From NCBI GenBank assembly GCA_032128375.1, contig JAQBGU010000007.1, forward strand, positions 1 to 19,044: DNA of 19,044 nt, given 5' to 3'. The notes under the pieces were generated by a model. That model did not search any database. It saw only the letters and a program-made list of their open reading frames with translations, and was not told where the DNA came from. A program made the position numbers and the translations under genes. The stretch is from Deltaproteobacteria bacterium. Its GTDB lineage: Bacteria; Myxococcota_A; UBA9160; SMWR01. Below, one piece after another: positions 15,828 to 19,044 of the stretch; the first letter of the stretch is position 1, and every line of letters begins with the position of its first letter.

Positions 15828-16457
15828 TCAGAGGGAGTCGCGCGCCGCTATGACCTCGCGCAGCTCGGCTTCGCTCAGAATTCGCGGTTCGACGCGGGGC
15901 TTTCCGGTCTGCGCGTCGAAAAATGGAGACGGCGACGACTCCCCGCGCAGCCAAGCCAACAGGATCAACGGGACGAGCCGCAACATCGACGCGGGTGCCT
16001 TGGGGTGGGCGTCGAGTCGTGAGAGATCGCCCTTCGCAAAGCGTCCGTTGACGCGTGCTCGAATGGCACCGAGCGCGTCGTCTCGCGAGCGGGTGTCGGC
16101 TGCGTGATCCATGCAACTGTGGACGACACCGACAAACGGCACTCGCCGAGAGTTGGGTGTGTTGCCTATGGGGGTCTTGCAGCAGTCCGCGTACCAGCGG
16201 AGCAGCCCGCCGGCCGTGAGGCGCATGCAGGCCAACCGATCTGCGCCTTCGCTGATCTCGAGATGCGCTGGCGTCGTCTGAAAGATATCCGTTCCGCCGT
16301 GGGCATCGAGCACCTGGTCTGCGCGCCCGAGGAAGTGCGCGAACGACTGGCAATCGTCGCAGTAGCACACGAGGCGATTGCCGTTCTGGCTGGAAACGCC
16401 CCGGGCAACGCCGCGCAGGGTGCCGCAAGAACATCGAATCGGAACATCAACGGTCAT
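15828..16457 (-). CDS. DUF6151-family protein (GFA/CENP-V-like zinc-binding)
   Basis: IRCSCG.LRG, CYCDDCQSFA, LDAHGGTDIFQ, LLRWYADCCKTPIGNT, SPFFD. ATG 16457 is preferred over the longer ORF, which would overlap the divergent gene. Confidence 0.88.
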   Translation of the reverse strand: MTVDVPIRCSCGTLRGVARGVSSQNGNRLVCYCDDCQSFAHFLGRADQVLDAHGGTDIFQTTPAHLEISEGADRLACMRLTAGGLLRWYADCCKTPIGNTPNSRRVPFVGVVHSCMDHAADTRSRDDALGAIRARVNGRFAKGDLSRLDAHPKAPASMLRLVPLILLAWLRGESSPSPFFDAQTGKPRVEPRILSEAELREVIAARDSL

Positions 16458-16463
16458 GAACGG

Positions 16464-16485
16464 ATTGTATCCATTCGCGTACAAT
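16464..16485. promoter_or_regulatory. Back-to-back TACAAT -10 boxes (candidate bidirectional promoter)
   Basis: ATTGTA (16464-16469)-N10-TACAAT (16480-16485) in the 95-bp divergent gap. Confidence 0.55.
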
Positions 16486-16552
16486 GTGCTTCGGTTCGAA
16501 AGCCAATGTGACTCCCCAGCAAACCCGGTCGACACACGACGAGGACACCGAA

Positions 16553-17695
16553 ATGACCAGTCAGACCCCCACCGCCGCACTCCAACTCCGCTCCACAGTG
16601 AAAAAAACTGGTGTGCTCGAGCTTTCGCTCGCAGACGTCGACACCCCGAAGCCCGGTCCCGATGAGGTGTTGGTTCGGGTCGAAGCTGCGCCCATCAATC
16701 CCTCTGATCTGGGATTGCTACTGGGCATGGCCGATATCAGCACGGCCGAAGTCTCGGGCACGCTGGACAGACCGGTCGTGACCGCGACGATTCCGGCCGG
16801 GCTAATGAAGGGCCTGGCTCCGCGCGTCGACCAATCTCTGCCGGTCGGCAACGAGGGGGCGGGCGTGGTGGTGGCAGCCGGTGACTCGGACGAAGCGCAA
16901 GCGCTGCTCGGCAAGACGGTCGCGATCCTCGGCGGGGCGACCTACTCCCAATACCGCTGCATGAAGGCGAAAATGTGTCTGCTGCTCCCCGATGGGACGA
17001 CGCCGGCCGAAGGCGCATCGTGTTTCGTCAATCCGCTGACTGCTCTGGGCATGGTCGAGACGATGCGCGGCGAGGGCCATACCGCGCTCGTGCACACCGC
17101 GGCTGCGTCGAATCTGGGCCAGATGCTGGTCAAGGTCTGCTTGCAAGACGGCGTTGCGCTGGTGAATATCGTGCGCACACCCGACCAGCAGAAGTTGCTC
17201 GAATCCATCGGCGCAACCCACGTCTGCGACTCGAGTTCCGAATCGTTTCAAGCCGACCTGACCCGAGCCCTCGTCGATACCGGCGCAACGCTGGCATTCG
17301 ATGCGACCGGCGGCGGTCAGCTCGCCGGGAAGATCCTCACCTGCATGGAGATCGCGGCCAACCAGAACGTGAAGGAATACAACCGCTACGGATCGACCAC
17401 ACACAAGCAGGTCTACATCTACGGAAGCCTCGACCGCTCACCGACGCAGTTCAATCGGAATTTCGGCACTGCGTGGTCGATCGGCGGCTGGCTCCTCACA
17501 CCTTTCCTGCAGAAAATCGGAAGCGAGGCAGCCAGCAAGCTTCGAAATCGGATCGCGGCCGAAATCAAGACCACCTTTGCGAGTTCGTACAGCGACGAGG
17601 TATCGCTGGCCGAGGCCCTGCAGCTCGAAGCGATTTCGGTCTACGCCTTACAGACCACCGGCAGGAAGTTTCTCATCAACCCCAACAAGAAATAG
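16553..17695 (+). CDS. MDR-family oxidoreductase (2-enoyl thioester reductase-like / NADH oxidase-like)
   Basis: VEAAPINPSDLG, GNEGAGVV, FVNPLTALGM, HTAAASNLGQML, FDATGGG; ATG 16553 with GAGGA 7 nt upstream. Confidence 0.93.
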   Translation: MTSQTPTAALQLRSTVKKTGVLELSLADVDTPKPGPDEVLVRVEAAPINPSDLGLLLGMADISTAEVSGTLDRPVVTATIPAGLMKGLAPRVDQSLPVGNEGAGVVVAAGDSDEAQALLGKTVAILGGATYSQYRCMKAKMCLLLPDGTTPAEGASCFVNPLTALGMVETMRGEGHTALVHTAAASNLGQMLVKVCLQDGVALVNIVRTPDQQKLLESIGATHVCDSSSESFQADLTRALVDTGATLAFDATGGGQLAGKILTCMEIAANQNVKEYNRYGSTTHKQVYIYGSLDRSPTQFNRNFGTAWSIGGWLLTPFLQKIGSEAASKLRNRIAAEIKTTFASSYSDEVSLAEALQLEAISVYALQTTGRKFLINPNKK

Positions 17696-17771
17696 AAGCG
17701 CGCCCCAAGTTCTGCGGCGCGCTTCCAGGGATTTCTGCCAACGGGTCGCGCGTTCGCCGCGCGGCGAACGC
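17695..17771. terminator. Two GC-rich inverted repeats between convergent genes
   Basis: GAAGCGCGCC-N11-GGCGCGCTTC (17695-17725) and the perfect 22-bp palindrome GCGTTCGCCGCGCGGCGAACGC (17750-17771); no clear U-tract. Confidence 0.55.
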
Positions 17772-17780
17772 TGCCACGGT

Positions 17781-18816
17781 TCAGAGAAGCTCTTCAGCCA
17801 GCAATTCGAGGGCTTCCACCTGGGAGGTCCCGATGTTCATGGTGTGGACCCAGTTCTTGTTCGACGCTTCCTTCCACGCCTGCAGGCGGTCTCGGATGCG
17901 ATCTTTCGGGCCGACCAGGTGGCACGCGTCCACCAGTTCGTCGGGCACGGCCACCTCCGCCTTCTTCCCATCCAGGAAGAAATTCTGAATCTTCACGGCT
18001 GCCTCTTCATAGCCCAGACGCTTCGCGAGATCGTTGTAGAAGTTCTTGTCGCGTGCGCCCATGCCGCCGATGTACAGCGACATGTGCCCCTTCACCATCA
18101 TGCGCGCCTTCTCGACATCGTCGGCGATGATGCAAGTCGCACCCGGCACGATGGCGAAATTCTCGAGGCTCTTGTTACCGCCCGCTTTCTTGAAACCCTC
18201 TTCCAGGTAGGGAAGATAAACAGAGTCCACCTTCTCGGGATCCAACATCATCGGGAATACCCCGTCGGCCACCTCGGCCGAGCAACGCAGCCCACTAGGT
18301 GATATCGATGCGGTGTAGATGGGGATGTCGGGGTTGCCGTGCAGGATGCTCTTGAGCGGCTTGGCAAGTCCAGTCGTGCCGGGTCCCGAAATGGGGATGT
18401 CATAGAGTTCGCCGTGAAACTCGAGCGGCTTGTCGCGCGCCCAGATCGCGCGAATGATCTCGATGTACTCACGTGTGCGCTGGAGCGGCTTGCCGTAGGG
18501 GACGCCGTACCATCCTTCTACGACCTGCGGACCCGATGGCCCGAGCCCCAAGATGAAGCGGCCACCCGACAGGTGGTCGAGCGACATCGCTGTCATTGCG
18601 GTCATCGCCGGCTGCCTGGCAGGCATCTGCATGATCGACGTGCCGATCTTGATTTTCGTGGTCTTCGCGGCAACCCATGTCGCCGTCGTCACCGCATCAT
18701 TGCCGTATGCCTCAGCGGTCCATGCCGAGTCGAACCCGAGTTCCTCTGCTCGCAAGATCAAGTCCATGTTGATATTGACCTTGGGACCGAATCCCACTGC
18801 ACCGCCCGAGTTTCAT
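17781..18816 (-). CDS. LLM-class probable F420-dependent oxidoreductase with an apparent frameshift in the first codons
   Basis: AEELGFDSAWTAEAYG.DA, MQMPAR.PAMTAMTAMSLDHLSGGRFILGLGPSGPQVVEGWYG, LYIGGMGA..KNFYN. The RBS-backed ATG 18816 (MKLG) is out of frame with the long ORF 17781-18797. Confidence 0.9.
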
Positions 18817-19044
18817 GATGTCTCCTTCGCTTCTTTCTCTTTGGGGAGAGGAGCAAGCTCCACGAGGCGCCAGATCGCTGACGGGTCGGGGCAATCGTGG
18901 CATAACTAGCGAGGCTGCGCCTCAGACCGACGAGGCATGTTACGCTGTTCCCGACAAGAAGGTGGAGAGCGATCGGCAAACGCTTCACGGCGTGGCAACT
19001 CACGAATTACTCTGCCCCGGCGGAGATTGAAAGTTCCCGACACG

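Noticed and set aside
18992..19033. GTGGCAAC...ATTGAAAG resembles the ends of some CRISPR repeats
   Set aside because: Single 42-nt copy with no second repeat or cas gene in the window; only worth revisiting if the next window shows an array.

Overview
GC-rich bacterial window. The gene content and style suggest a Myxococcota/deltaproteobacteria-like environmental organism; this is inference only. Intact-looking genes: the 5' part of a double-zinc-ribbon class III nucleotide cyclase, a TetR regulator divergent from a wax-ester synthase/DGAT, a secreted aryl-sulfate sulfotransferase, an HAF-repeat secreted protein, two divergent amidohydrolases with a second TetR, a DUF2142 (GT-C-like) membrane protein, an atypical SDR, a DUF6151 zinc protein and an MDR reductase. 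An F420-type LLM oxidoreductase has a frameshift just after its start. Region ~3.1-9.9 kb is strewn with debris the ORF track does not resolve. It holds a complete ISL3 (7911-9281, 8-bp TSD CTTATTAC) nested in an IS256 remnant that rejoins in frame, an rve integrase remnant, and a ~400-bp patchwork of IS66, IS21 and ABC-ATPase micro-fragments. It also holds two decayed genes ending in VPxL/IPTL-CTERM-like sorting tails. I find no convincing new multi-gene system; the best leads are these mosaics, the atypical catalytic residues and several clear regulatory motifs. All family calls are motif recognition by eye, not database searches.
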